DNA of 40,000 nt, from NCBI RefSeq assembly GCF_055456355.1, contig NZ_CM144250.1, one strand, 5' to 3'. The position numbers and the translations under genes are program-made. Shown in pieces: positions 30,077-39,961 of the stretch. How positions within the stretch are numbered: position 1 is the first letter of the stretch; every line of letters begins with the position of its first letter. The notes beneath the pieces are model-generated. The model did not search any database. It was given only the letters and a program-made list of their open reading frames with translations, and was not told the origin of the DNA.

Positions 30077-31760
30077 GATTCAGGTAAGTTTTTATCCATT
30101 TCTGCAGTAATTCATCGTTGATTTCTTTATTTTTTGCCATTTGCTGTGTTATTGCTCTGGCGTCAACCGCAGCCTCATTCGCATTATTCATCATGCGCTC
30201 ATCGATCTCTCTTGGCTCAATAAGAAAGACACGAACGATGTTATTCGCATTTGTTCCTTCATATCCAAATAATTTACCAATAAATGGAATACTGCCTAAT
30301 ATTGGGATCTTGCGACTTTCATAGGTATTCGTATCTCGTGTATATCCACCAATCAAAAGACTTTTCCCTTGAGGCACGCGCGCAATAGTACTTATTAGCG
30401 TTCTACCAACCTGAGGCAGATCATCAACATTGGTCTTGTCGGAATTGATTTCATTGCCATCTTCAATATTCAAGAGTAATTCAATTTGATTTCGCGAAGC
30501 AAATCGTGGTAGCACGCTAATCATCGTACCATAGGTTACTTCATCCAACTCCGCAGTACGCTCGCCGACTAATTTAGTATAGAAAGTACGGTTATTATCA
30601 AATATAGCAGGAATATTCTCCTGTGTTAAAACGACAGGACGCGCAACAACGGCGGCTCTTCTTTTTTGCGCAAGTGCCTGTATTGTTGCAATAAACTGTG
30701 TCCCATCCAGGGTACTAATTGAACCTGAATTATTAAATGATGCACTTAGGCTGGATCCAATTTTTATCGTGCCCGACCAGTCAGCTCCTAACTGTTCTAG
30801 ATCAGTCTTATCAATATCTATTATCCATAAAGATAATTCAATATGTCGCTTTGGAATATCGAGCGTAGCTACTAACTTCTCGATAAAATCAACCTGAGAT
30901 ACTGTTCCTTTAACAAGTAAACTGTTGGTATCAGGATATGCAATAATTTGTATATCGTCAGTCTCTGGCGCTCCAGCTGTCGATATTATTTTCTCTACTT
31001 GTAGGTCATCATCTTCTTCAGCACCAGGAAAAGGAGGCATACGTGATACGTTTTTTAGTTGTTGACGACTTGAAATTTCAGAAAGTACGTTCACCCCTGT
31101 GCTTTGCTTAATGTTATTATTTAACAATGTTGATAGTACTTTTGCCATGCCAGGAATAACTATCTTTTCGCCACGTAATTCATAAGTCCGATCATTAACG
31201 AATGTGTTGACCAGATGAATTATTCCTACTTTATTGCGTCCGATCTCGATGCCATCGCTGTTTTGCTCCATTAATTTCGCAGCATTAACGACCAGGTCAA
31301 CATAAACCGGTGGCCCCGATACATAGAAAGTACCATTGCCGCCCCCTTTAATTTCATAACGAGAGTTATACAGACCCGATTTTTTTAAGAAATTATTAAA
31401 CTCATTAGTCGATACCTTTCTCAGATTAATCAGTGCATTACGCATCTCTGATGAGTCATAGATATAAATAGCTTTGCCATCATCATACCAAATAAGTCCC
31501 ATCTGCGCCGACAGGCGTTCAATCAAGGCATAGGGTTCGGTTAAATCAAAATTTCCGCTGATCTGTTTCTTCATGGCAAGCTTACTTACTATTGTAGGCT
31601 TACCCGCATATGATGAAACCGTTTCAAAAAAACTACGTAGATTTTCTTTATTTGCTACGTATCCATTCGCTGTTGCGGCATATGCACCAGGAGTCAATAA
31701 TCCATTAAAAATGCATAAGGCTGAAATTAATATAATAGTAATGCATAATTTTATTTTCAT
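30057..31760 (-). CDS. eivG: EivG, InvG/SctC outer-membrane secretin
   Basis: 567 aa with signal peptide. Secretin domain motifs VPQGKSLLIGGYTRDTNTYESRKIPILGSIPFIGKLFGY. Confidence 0.97.
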   Translation of the reverse strand: MKIKLCITIILISALCIFNGLLTPGAYAATANGYVANKENLRSFFETVSSYAGKPTIVSKLAMKKQISGNFDLTEPYALIERLSAQMGLIWYDDGKAIYIYDSSEMRNALINLRKVSTNEFNNFLKKSGLYNSRYEIKGGGNGTFYVSGPPVYVDLVVNAAKLMEQNSDGIEIGRNKVGIIHLVNTFVNDRTYELRGEKIVIPGMAKVLSTLLNNNIKQSTGVNVLSEISSRQQLKNVSRMPPFPGAEEDDDLQVEKIISTAGAPETDDIQIIAYPDTNSLLVKGTVSQVDFIEKLVATLDIPKRHIELSLWIIDIDKTDLEQLGADWSGTIKIGSSLSASFNNSGSISTLDGTQFIATIQALAQKRRAAVVARPVVLTQENIPAIFDNNRTFYTKLVGERTAELDEVTYGTMISVLPRFASRNQIELLLNIEDGNEINSDKTNVDDLPQVGRTLISTIARVPQGKSLLIGGYTRDTNTYESRKIPILGSIPFIGKLFGYEGTNANNIVRVFLIEPREIDERMMNNANEAAVDARAITQQMAKNKEINDELLQKWIKTYLNREVVGG

Positions 31761-32506
31761 AACTTTTTACATAGTTCTCTCGGTGTTTTTCCTAACCGGC
31801 TTTTTACTTCGGCTGAAAAGTGTGATGAGGATGAGTAGCCATATTTATGCGCAATTGTTGTCATATCACTGTTTCCTTCAATGATTTCCAACACGGCTCT
31901 GGCAACTCTCCAGCCACATAATTCCGTTTTAACTTTACCCCCCAATGCATAACTACATAAACGGCGAAAATGTGAATACGATACGCCGTAAAGCTCACCA
32001 AGATCATAGAGTGAAGTCTGTATGAGCGATTGCGATAATAAATAGCGAACCAGTTTATAGCATTCTGTTTTTCTTAGATGCTGAAACAGAATTTCATTAA
32101 TATTATCGCTGCTCAGATAAGTGGCTAAAAACCAGGCTTCACTTGCAACTTTACTGAATAGCACAACTTCTGATGCAAAGGGCAAGGCATCAGCAAACAA
32201 CTCATGGTGTTCCCTTTCCACACTCCCCGTTGATTCATCTATAAAAGCTAATAATTTACTCAGGATATCAATGCGAAGTGGATGATAAATTACTTTCCCT
32301 GCAGTTACCTCAATTTGGCTTCGGTCAATGAGCAGTAATATGTCTTCCACTACCATTAATTTTTGATGGTTATTACCAATCGTAATAACAAGGGTTACAT
32401 CCTTGTTTTCATTTCCCCGTAAGAACCACATTTCAGGGTCCAGTAGGGTTAACTTCTGTCCTTGAAGCAAAACATTCATTGGAAGTAACAGCCCTTCTTC
32501 AATCAT
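31757..32506 (-). CDS. eivF: EivF, AraC-family regulator (InvF/MxiE-like)
   Basis: 249 aa with C-terminal AraC HTH: ELYGVSYSHFRRLCSYALGG and MTTIAHKYGYSSSSHFSAEVKSRLGKTPREL. Confidence 0.93.
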   Translation of the reverse strand: MIEEGLLLPMNVLLQGQKLTLLDPEMWFLRGNENKDVTLVITIGNNHQKLMVVEDILLLIDRSQIEVTAGKVIYHPLRIDILSKLLAFIDESTGSVEREHHELFADALPFASEVVLFSKVASEAWFLATYLSSDNINEILFQHLRKTECYKLVRYLLSQSLIQTSLYDLGELYGVSYSHFRRLCSYALGGKVKTELCGWRVARAVLEIIEGNSDMTTIAHKYGYSSSSHFSAEVKSRLGKTPRELCKKL

Positions 32507-32851
32507 GTTTCATCTCCTTATTCCATATTCTCATTCTCCATAAACTTGCAATAAAAACATGATTAAAAAGTGATGATTCCTATTTATAAAATAATGATTT
32601 TGTTATGAGCGAATAGCTATCAGCCACTTACAGTAGTAAGTCATCCTGCCCATATACAGAATTGCAACGGTTGATATGTTTTACTTAAACATACCCCGTA
32701 TTTCTTATAACACTTGTTTGGTGACTATTTTCAATAAAAATCATATTTGTTAGTTACACATTAACGCACTGCGAGTGTTTTGTTACTCCCCTCATATATT
32801 TTATTCTCTTTTTCGATTCTATTTTTCTTAATCGCTCATATAATTTTCTTG

Positions 32852-33031
32852 TTAGTCGGATTTACGAATCATGAGACTTATGATGGATGGAATGAGGCTA
32901 AGCGGCCAGGTCAACCCTGTAATTACTGCAGCAAACAACCGATATGTTACTTTTTCTTCCGAGAAGATAAATATTAAGGTCGATGTCACAACCAGACCTA
33001 TCAGGTAAGCTAACAGTAATTTATTGATCAC
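32852..33031 (-). CDS. 59-aa membrane protein, GhoT/OrtT-family toxin candidate
   Basis: GTG start at 33031 preceded by gggaggtaaaa. Product MINKLLLAYLIGLVVTSTLIFIFSEEKVTYRLFAAVITGLTWPLSLIPSIISLMIRKSD matches the size, two-TM layout and RLxxAxxxGxTWPxSL motif of GhoT/OrtT. Confidence 0.8.
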   Translation of the reverse strand: MINKLLLAYLIGLVVTSTLIFIFSEEKVTYRLFAAVITGLTWPLSLIPSIISLMIRKSD

Positions 33032-33096
33032 TTTTACCTCCCTTACGATTTCTCTTTGAGCGGTCCTTTTAATCCAGGACCGCCTCATTATGAAAA

Positions 33097-34707
33097 CTAT
33101 TTAATTCCCTCATCATTGATAAGGTTGGACATTTCTTTCAACATAAGAGTCATTGAGGCTTTCGACCAGTTTAGCGGAATGATAGGGCTTGGCGCTTCAT
33201 GCAAAGTTCCTGACTTGTGGATATAGTTATAGCTCTCGGGAAGTGCCATTTCAGGTACGCTCCTGCCATTTGCACCAATCATATTCTCGCCTGTTATTTG
33301 GGCCAATGATCTATTCATAAATTGCACTGAGTCATTCAAATATTCTTCTTTTCTTGATTCTTTATAAACAATTGCTGCTGATTTTGCATACCATGAGTCA
33401 AAAAACCATTCTGCTTCTGTTGATGGAATGAAGCTCTTTTCTCTTTTCGCATGTGAATTTTGATCGGTATCAGTTTTAATATCATTGAACCAAAAATTTG
33501 CCGACTGATAATTATCCTTCTCGTATCTTTTTATACCATACGGACCTGCTAGTTTTTTAACTATTTTTAGAACTTGCTCTTTTCTTCTGGTATTTATCTT
33601 TGAAAGATTTGCAGGATAAATAACATTAAGTAAAGCCGCATCGGCTTCTCTGTAATGTTTATCTTTTTCCAGATAACCTGGGGATTCTCCCCCTAAATCA
33701 AGCTGTAACGTTATTCTTTCATAACCTTTATCTATGAGGTGGTTCAACCTCGTTGTTGAAAGAGGTTCATCCAGTTCATTAGCTTTAGCTTCGCGTAGTA
33801 AATCAGAGACAAAAACAGAGTCTTTCTTCGAGAGTAAGTTCGACAAACGTTCCAGTCCAGAGGTCACCAGTGCAACGGAAGATGTGTTTAATCTGGCATC
33901 TTCTTCCCACGCTCCGGAATCTTCCATAACATAGAAATTGGCTTTATCCAGATAAGCAATCAGCAGCGCAATCGATTTTAATCGGTCACCTTTTTCCCAG
34001 TCTTCAGCGTTAATAGTACCAGTGTCGATGGCTTGTATAAGGAGATCAAGATAAAGACCTAAAGCATCATTTTGTTTATGGTTCCACAGCTGCGGCTTGC
34101 CTTCTTCCTGCACATCTGCCATCACGTGGGAGTTGCTGTCAAATCGGATATGTACAGCATTCATTTGCCCAGGAATACCATCCAGTCGTTTTGGGTTGCT
34201 AATGACGTCCTGCATCCGCTTAATCTGGTCGGGCGTAGACATATAATCCCACAGAGTGAGCAGAACCTTTTTTGCGGCTACACTATTTCCCTGATCTGAT
34301 ACTAATGCCATATAGCCCCATAAACTATCCCTCAGCCAGACAGCATCATAGTGGGTTTCTGCCGCTGTTTTGTCATCTTCGAAAGTAGAAGCAAGAATAA
34401 ATGTTCCCCAGGGTTTCTCCGTCAACGTTAACTTTCGTGTATTTTCTGTTAATGTTAACAATCCTTGAATTTCGTCTTTGGTATAGTGGCTCTTTATTTC
34501 ATTTTTTAATTTGGCTGAGTGAATCAGAAGACGATAATTAGGATACTTATCTGGATTTAACGATAAATAACTTTTATCAGTTGCTGCCCCCGTGGAATTA
34601 AGAATGTTAAATACAGATTCACTCGTCACTTCTGCCCCTGTCGCCTGGCATGTGCCGCATGAAAATATACCAGCGAGCAGAAGAGTTAATGTAGATTTCC
34701 CTTTCAT
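33097..34707 (-). CDS. Secreted GH15/phosphorylase-kinase-like (alpha,alpha-barrel) glycoside hydrolase family protein
   Basis: About 536 aa with signal peptide (MKGKSTLTLLLAGIFSCGTCQA), WLRDSLWGYMAL, a DSGAWEE motif and PSTEAEWFFDSWYAK. Family call from motif recall. Confidence 0.65.
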   Translation of the reverse strand: MKGKSTLTLLLAGIFSCGTCQATGAEVTSESVFNILNSTGAATDKSYLSLNPDKYPNYRLLIHSAKLKNEIKSHYTKDEIQGLLTLTENTRKLTLTEKPWGTFILASTFEDDKTAAETHYDAVWLRDSLWGYMALVSDQGNSVAAKKVLLTLWDYMSTPDQIKRMQDVISNPKRLDGIPGQMNAVHIRFDSNSHVMADVQEEGKPQLWNHKQNDALGLYLDLLIQAIDTGTINAEDWEKGDRLKSIALLIAYLDKANFYVMEDSGAWEEDARLNTSSVALVTSGLERLSNLLSKKDSVFVSDLLREAKANELDEPLSTTRLNHLIDKGYERITLQLDLGGESPGYLEKDKHYREADAALLNVIYPANLSKINTRRKEQVLKIVKKLAGPYGIKRYEKDNYQSANFWFNDIKTDTDQNSHAKREKSFIPSTEAEWFFDSWYAKSAAIVYKESRKEEYLNDSVQFMNRSLAQITGENMIGANGRSVPEMALPESYNYIHKSGTLHEAPSPIIPLNWSKASMTLMLKEMSNLINDEGIK

Positions 34708-34939
34708 AAAAGATTCCATCAATCGTTTGTTAAAAGCGTAGATAACCACTTATTTAACAACTTGAAAATAAGGTGTTTTACCTGGGTTGTTACAAATGGA
34801 TTGCATTGTGTAAACGCTTTTATTTACAAAAAAATGGGGAAGTATTACGGCGATTGCGAAAAGTCTGAAGCGATTGAATTAAGATAATATAGAAAATCAG
34901 ATACAACAAAAATGGCAGGTTGATGAGGTGAAGATAAAT

Positions 34940-35013
34940 TGGAGCGGGCGAAGGGAATCGAACCCTCGTATAGAGCTTGGGAAGCTCTCGTTCTACCATT
35001 GAACTACGCCCGC
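34940..35013 (-). tRNA. glyU: tRNA-Gly (anticodon CCC)
   Basis: Minus strand GCGGGCGTAGTTCAATGGTAGAACGAGAGCTTCCCAAGCTCTATACGAGGGTTCGATTCCCTTCGCCCGCTCCA folds as a canonical 74-nt cloverleaf with encoded CCA. Confidence 0.97.
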
Positions 35014-35091
35014 TTCGAGATGCGTAAGGCATTATAAACCTTACGCTCTCCTTAGCAAGTGCCGCGCTGCTGACTGCTGATTAATTCGCCA

Positions 35092-35844
35092 TCAGCATTT
35101 TGGCTTGCTGCCCTGAGGCGGCAAGTAACGTAGCGGATCAATTGCCGTTGCACGGTAACGAATCTGGAAATGCAGGCGAACCGATGCCGCATCAGTGCTC
35201 CCCATAGTGGCGATTTTTTGCCCAGCCTTCACGCTTTGCCCATTATTTACCAGCATCGTGTCATTATGGGCGTAAGCCGTAATGTAATCTTCACTGTGTT
35301 TAATCATGATGAGATTACCGTAGCCACGCAGCTGGTTGCCCACATACACCACCTTTCCTGCACCCGCGGCGTAAATAGGTGTACCCCGTGGAGCTGAGAT
35401 ATCAATCCCTTTATTGCCGCCATCAGCTGTCGAATACGGCATGATAACTTTCCCTGTCGTTGGCCATAACCAACAACGTTGCCCTACTGGCGGCCAGGAA
35501 GATTTCGGTACTGCTGATGACGGTGTAACCGATGCGGTTTTGGTCGTTGATTTGGCGGTTGATTTACGTGTACTGCTACTTTTCGCCCCACCCAGTTTTA
35601 GTTTCTGACCAACTTCAATGGTGTAAGGGGGGGAAATGCCGTTCAGTCGCGCCAGCTCTTTTACGCTGGTTCCCGTGGTGCGCGAAATACGATATAGCGT
35701 ATCCCCCCGTTTCACGGTGTAAACGGAGCCGGAATACGTTCCTGTATCGGATGATTTGCTACCCGAGCAGCCCGCCAAAAGCAGTCCAATCGATAACAAC
35801 ATCACGATACCCAGAGATTTTTTATTCAGGCGTCCCGCACTCAA
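35092..35844 (-). CDS. ygeR: YgeR, LysM + LytM/M23-domain lipoprotein
   Basis: Lipobox LLAGC, LysM (YTVKRGDTLYRISRTTGTSVKELARLNGI) and M23-type domain (GNKGIDISAPRGTPIYAAGAGKVVYVGNQLRGYGNLIMIKH). TTG start. Confidence 0.92.
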   Translation of the reverse strand: MSAGRLNKKSLGIVMLLSIGLLLAGCSGSKSSDTGTYSGSVYTVKRGDTLYRISRTTGTSVKELARLNGISPPYTIEVGQKLKLGGAKSSSTRKSTAKSTTKTASVTPSSAVPKSSWPPVGQRCWLWPTTGKVIMPYSTADGGNKGIDISAPRGTPIYAAGAGKVVYVGNQLRGYGNLIMIKHSEDYITAYAHNDTMLVNNGQSVKAGQKIATMGSTDAASVRLHFQIRYRATAIDPLRYLPPQGSKPKC

Positions 35845-36259
35845 AATCTTTCCTCGCTTAAAAAACAAGACGCCATATCATAGCAGCCAGCCTCTGGATA
35901 CCCAATCTCTTGCTTCTCGAAAAACGCGGTAATAGAGAAAGAGGTTAATTTCATTTGGCAAAGGGAAGTATCATCAGCAAAATATTCGCTGCAGAGGTAT
36001 CGAATTTCCTGACTTTTTTACCCTATTTCCCATCCTGATGCGTAATAATCCTGATTTATCACATTGATTTTATCGCCACTCATATTGATACGTATCACTG
36101 CCCCTATTCAGAGTCCTGTTTCGTATCATATCTGTGTTTTTTTAACGTCATCACACTTCCTTCCTCCCCTAACGCTTATCGTCGTTTCTGGCGTAAATCT
36201 TGCCTGCTTAGACTAAATCTTTGCCATAAGAACCAAATGTTCAAATCGAGGGGATTTCT

Positions 36260-38557
36260 ATGGAAGCGCGGGAAGCAACCGCTACGGGTGAATCTTGCAT
36301 GCGCGTCGATGCCATTGCTAAGGTCACCGGGCGGGCACGATATACTGACGATTATGTTATGGCGGGCATGTGTTACGCGAAATATGTACGTAGCCCTATC
36401 GCACATGGTTATGCCGTAAGTATTAATGATGAACAAGCCAGAAGTTTACCAGGCGTACTGGCGATTTTTACCTGGGAAGATGTACCTGATATCCCATTCG
36501 CTACAGCTGGGCATGCCTGGACACTTGACGAAAACAAGCGCGATACCGCCGATCGCGCACTGCTAACTCGCCATGTTCGTCATCATGGTGACGCCGTTGC
36601 CATCGTCGTGGCCCGTGATGAACTCACGGCAGAAAAAGCGGCGCAATTGGTCAGCATTGAGTGGCAAGAATTACCCGTTATCACCACGCCAGAAGCGGCG
36701 CTGGCAGATGACGCTGCACCAATCCATAACGGCGGCAATTTACTAAAACAAAGCTCGATGTCGACGGGTAATGTCCAACAAACAATCGATGCCGCCGATT
36801 ACCAGGTGCAGGGGCACTATCAGACGCCGGTCATTCAACATTGTCACATGGAAAGCGTGACATCGCTGGCATGGATGGAGGATGACTCGCGAATTACCAT
36901 CGTTTCCAGCACCCAGATCCCGCACATTGTTCGCCGTGTGGTTGGTCAGGCGCTGAATATTCCCTGGTCATGCGTACGAGTCATCAAACCGTTTGTCGGT
37001 GGCGGTTTTGGTAATAAACAGGATGTACTGGAAGAGCCAATGGCGGCATTCCTGACCAGCAAGCTTGGCGGCATTCCGGTGAAAGTTTCCCTTAGCCGTG
37101 AAGAGTGTTTCCTCGCAACCCGTACCCGCCACGCTTTTACTATTGACGGGCAAATGGGCGTGAACCGCGACGGAACATTGAAAGGTTATAGTCTGGATGT
37201 TCTGTCTAACACCGGCGCTTATGCATCTCACGGGCACTCCATCGCTTCTGCAGGGGGGAATAAAGTCGCTTACCTTTATCCTCGTTGTGCCTACGCTTAC
37301 AGTTCAAAGACCTGCTATACCAACCTCCCCTCGGCTGGTGCGATGCGTGGTTATGGCGCGCCACAAGTCGTATTTGCCGTTGAGTCTATGCTTGATGACG
37401 CCGCGACAGCGTTAGGTATTGATCCTGTTGAAATTCGTTTACGCAACGCCGCCCGCGAAGGAGATGCTAATCCGCTCACAGGCAAACGTATTTACAGCGC
37501 AGGGTTGCCGGAGTGTCTTGAAAAAGGCCGGAAAATCTTTGAATGGGAAAAACGCCGTGCAGAGTGCCAGAACCAGCAAGGCAATTTACGCCGCGGCGTT
37601 GGCGTCGCCTGTTTTAGCTACACCTCTAACACCTGGCCTGTCGGCGTAGAAATTGCTGGCGCGCGCCTGTTGATGAATCAGGATGGAACCATCAACGTAC
37701 AGAGTGGTGCCACGGAAATCGGCCAGGGTGCCGACACCGTGTTCTCGCAAATGGTGGCAGAAACCGTGGGGGTTCCGGTCAGCGACGTTCGCGTTATTTC
37801 AACACAAGATACCGACGTTACGCCGTTCGATCCCGGTGCATTTGCCTCGCGCCAGAGCTATGTTGCCGCGCCCGCGCTGCGCAGTGCGGCACTGTTATTA
37901 AAGGAGAAAATCATCGCTCACGCCGCTGTCATGCTACATCAGTCAGCGATGAATCTTACCTTGATAAAAGGCTATATCGTGCTGGTTGAACGACCGGAAG
38001 AGCCGTTAATGTCGTTAAAAGATTTGGCGATGGATGCCTTCTACCACCCTGAACGCGGCGGGCAGCTCTCTGCCGAAAGCTCCATCAAAACCACCACTAA
38101 CCCACCAGCGTTTGGCTGTACCTTTGTTGATCTGACGATCGATATTGCGCTGTGCAAAGTCACCATCAACCGCATCCTCAACGTTCATGATTCGGGCCAT
38201 ATTCTTAATCCGCTACTGGCAGAAGGTCAGGTACACGGCGGAATGGGAATGGGCATTGGCTGGGCGCTATTTGAAGAGATGATCATTGATGCGAAAAGCG
38301 GCGTGGTCCGTAACCCCAACCTGCTGGATTACAAAATGCCGACCATGCCGGATCTGCCACAACTGGAAAGCGCGTTCGTCGAAATCAATGAGCCGCAATC
38401 CGCATACGGACATAAGTCACTGGGTGAGCCACCAATAATTCCTGTTGCCGCTGCTATTCGTAACGCGGTGAAGATGGCTACCGGTGTTGCAATCAATACA
38501 CTGCCGCTGACGCCAAAACGGTTATATGAAGAGTTCCATCTGGCAGGATTGATTTGA
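36260..38557 (+). CDS. xdhA: XdhA, molybdenum-binding subunit of xanthine dehydrogenase-type enzyme
   Basis: 765-aa ORF with IKPFVGGGFGNKQD and GAMRGYGAPQVVFAVES. Start could be the internal Met of MRVDAIAKVTGRARY. Confidence 0.95.
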   Translation: MEAREATATGESCMRVDAIAKVTGRARYTDDYVMAGMCYAKYVRSPIAHGYAVSINDEQARSLPGVLAIFTWEDVPDIPFATAGHAWTLDENKRDTADRALLTRHVRHHGDAVAIVVARDELTAEKAAQLVSIEWQELPVITTPEAALADDAAPIHNGGNLLKQSSMSTGNVQQTIDAADYQVQGHYQTPVIQHCHMESVTSLAWMEDDSRITIVSSTQIPHIVRRVVGQALNIPWSCVRVIKPFVGGGFGNKQDVLEEPMAAFLTSKLGGIPVKVSLSREECFLATRTRHAFTIDGQMGVNRDGTLKGYSLDVLSNTGAYASHGHSIASAGGNKVAYLYPRCAYAYSSKTCYTNLPSAGAMRGYGAPQVVFAVESMLDDAATALGIDPVEIRLRNAAREGDANPLTGKRIYSAGLPECLEKGRKIFEWEKRRAECQNQQGNLRRGVGVACFSYTSNTWPVGVEIAGARLLMNQDGTINVQSGATEIGQGADTVFSQMVAETVGVPVSDVRVISTQDTDVTPFDPGAFASRQSYVAAPALRSAALLLKEKIIAHAAVMLHQSAMNLTLIKGYIVLVERPEEPLMSLKDLAMDAFYHPERGGQLSAESSIKTTTNPPAFGCTFVDLTIDIALCKVTINRILNVHDSGHILNPLLAEGQVHGGMGMGIGWALFEEMIIDAKSGVVRNPNLLDYKMPTMPDLPQLESAFVEINEPQSAYGHKSLGEPPIIPVAAAIRNAVKMATGVAINTLPLTPKRLYEEFHLAGLI

Positions 38558-38567
38558 GGATAACATC

Positions 38568-39446
38568 ATGTTTGATTTTGCTTCTTACCATCGCGCAGCA
38601 CCCCTTGCCGATGCCATCAACCTGCTGGCTGACAACCCGCAGGCCAAACTGCTCGCCGGTGGCACTGACGTACTGATTCAGCTCCACCATCACAATGACC
38701 GTTATCGCCATATTGTTGATATTCATAATCTGGCGGAGCTGCGGGGAATTACGCTGGCGGAAGATGGCTCGATACGTATCGGCTCTGCAACGACATTTAC
38801 CCAGCTCATTGAAGATCCTATAACTCAACGTCTTCTCCCGGCGTTATGTGCTGCGGCCTCGTCCATTGCTGGACCGCAGATCCGTAACGTCGCTACCTAC
38901 GGTGGAAATATTTGCAACGGTGCCACCAGCGCAGATTCTGCCACGCCAACGCTCATTTATGACGCGAAACTGGAGATCCACTCCCCACGCAGTGTTCGTT
39001 TCGTCCCGATTAATGGCTTTCACACTGGACCGGGCAAAGTGTCTCTTGAGCATGACGAAATCCTTGTTTCCTTTCATTTTCCGCCCCAACCGAAAGAACA
39101 CGTGGGCAGCGCGCATTTTAAATATGCCATGCGCGACGCAATGGATATTTCAACGATTGGCTGCGCCGCACATTGCCGACTGGATAACGGCAATTTCAGC
39201 GAATTACGTCTGGCATTTGGTGTTGCCGCGCCAACGCCGATTCGCTGCCAACATGCCGAACAGACTGCACAAAATGCGCCATTAAACCTGCAAACGCTGG
39301 AAGCCATCAGCGAATCAGTCCTGCAGGATGTCGCCCCGCGTTCTTCATGGCGGGCCAGTAAAGAGTTTCGTCTGCATCTCATCCAGACGATGACCAAAAA
39401 AGTGATTAGCGAAGCCGTCGCCGCGGCGGGGGGAAAATTGCAATGA
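38568..39446 (+). CDS. xdhB: XdhB, FAD-binding subunit
   Basis: 292 aa with [18 protein letters not shown] and [21 protein letters not shown]. Confidence 0.95.
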   Translation: MFDFASYHRAAPLADAINLLADNPQAKLLAGGTDVLIQLHHHNDRYRHIVDIHNLAELRGITLAEDGSIRIGSATTFTQLIEDPITQRLLPALCAAASSIAGPQIRNVATYGGNICNGATSADSATPTLIYDAKLEIHSPRSVRFVPINGFHTGPGKVSLEHDEILVSFHFPPQPKEHVGSAHFKYAMRDAMDISTIGCAAHCRLDNGNFSELRLAFGVAAPTPIRCQHAEQTAQNAPLNLQTLEAISESVLQDVAPRSSWRASKEFRLHLIQTMTKKVISEAVAAAGGKLQ

Positions 39447-39922
39447 ATCACAGCGAAACAATTATCATCGAATGCACCATTAACGGGATGCCTTTTCAGC
39501 TTCACGCCGCACCAGGCATGCCGCTCTCGGAATTACTCCGCGATCAAGGACTGTTAAGTGTCAAACAAGGGTGCTGCGTGGGTGAATGTGGTGCCTGTAC
39601 GGTGCTGGTCGACGGCACAGCAATAGACAGTTGCTTATACCTTGCCGCCTGGGCTGAAGGAAAAGAGATCCGCACGCTGGAAGGTGAAGCGAAAGGCGGA
39701 AAACTTTCTCATGTTCAGCAGGCTTATGCGAAATCCGGCGCAGTGCAGTGCGGGTTTTGTACGCCTGGCCTGATTATGGCTACCACAGCAATGCTGGCGA
39801 AACCACGCGAGAAGCCATTAACCATTACGGAAATTCGTCGCGGACTGGCAGGAAATCTTTGTCGCTGCACGGGGTATCAGATGATTGTAAATACAGTTCT
39901 GGATTGCGAGAAAACGAAGTAA
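39443..39922 (+). CDS. xdhC: XdhC, [2Fe-2S]-binding subunit
   Basis: 159 aa with [23 protein letters not shown] and CRCTGY iron-sulfur motifs. Confidence 0.95.
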   Translation: MNHSETIIIECTINGMPFQLHAAPGMPLSELLRDQGLLSVKQGCCVGECGACTVLVDGTAIDSCLYLAAWAEGKEIRTLEGEAKGGKLSHVQQAYAKSGAVQCGFCTPGLIMATTAMLAKPREKPLTITEIRRGLAGNLCRCTGYQMIVNTVLDCEKTK

Positions 39923-39930
39923 AAGGGTAT

Positions 39931-39954
39931 CCGGCCTGAATTCAGGCCGGATTC
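39931..39954. terminator. Palindromic hairpin between xdhC and a convergent gene
   Basis: Perfect 24-nt palindrome atccggcctgaattcaggccggat. No clear U-tract. Confidence 0.4.
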
Positions 39955-39961
39955 ACTGAGG

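Noticed and set aside
7561-32506. The possibility that the island is a wholly new secretion system
   Set aside because: Gene content and order match the described E. coli ETT2 locus and the Inv/Mxi-Spa T3SS class. The novelty is limited to individual elements listed in findings.
32780-32977. 65-aa plus-strand ORF opposite the GhoT-like gene, a possible partner
   Set aside because: No clear RBS and the composition looks like reverse-complement noise. It does not resemble GhoS, so I do not call an antitoxin.
34940-35013. tRNA-Gly as integration site with a direct repeat of its 3' end at the other island boundary
   Set aside because: I did not see a copy of the tRNA 3' end (ggagcgggcgaagggaatcgaac) near yqeG/yqeH, and there is no integrase ORF in the window. 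Island boundary is positional inference only.
36968-37901. Multiple antisense or alternate-frame ORFs inside xdhA
   Set aside because: High-GC coding sequence routinely opens shadow frames. The xdhA frame explains the region fully.
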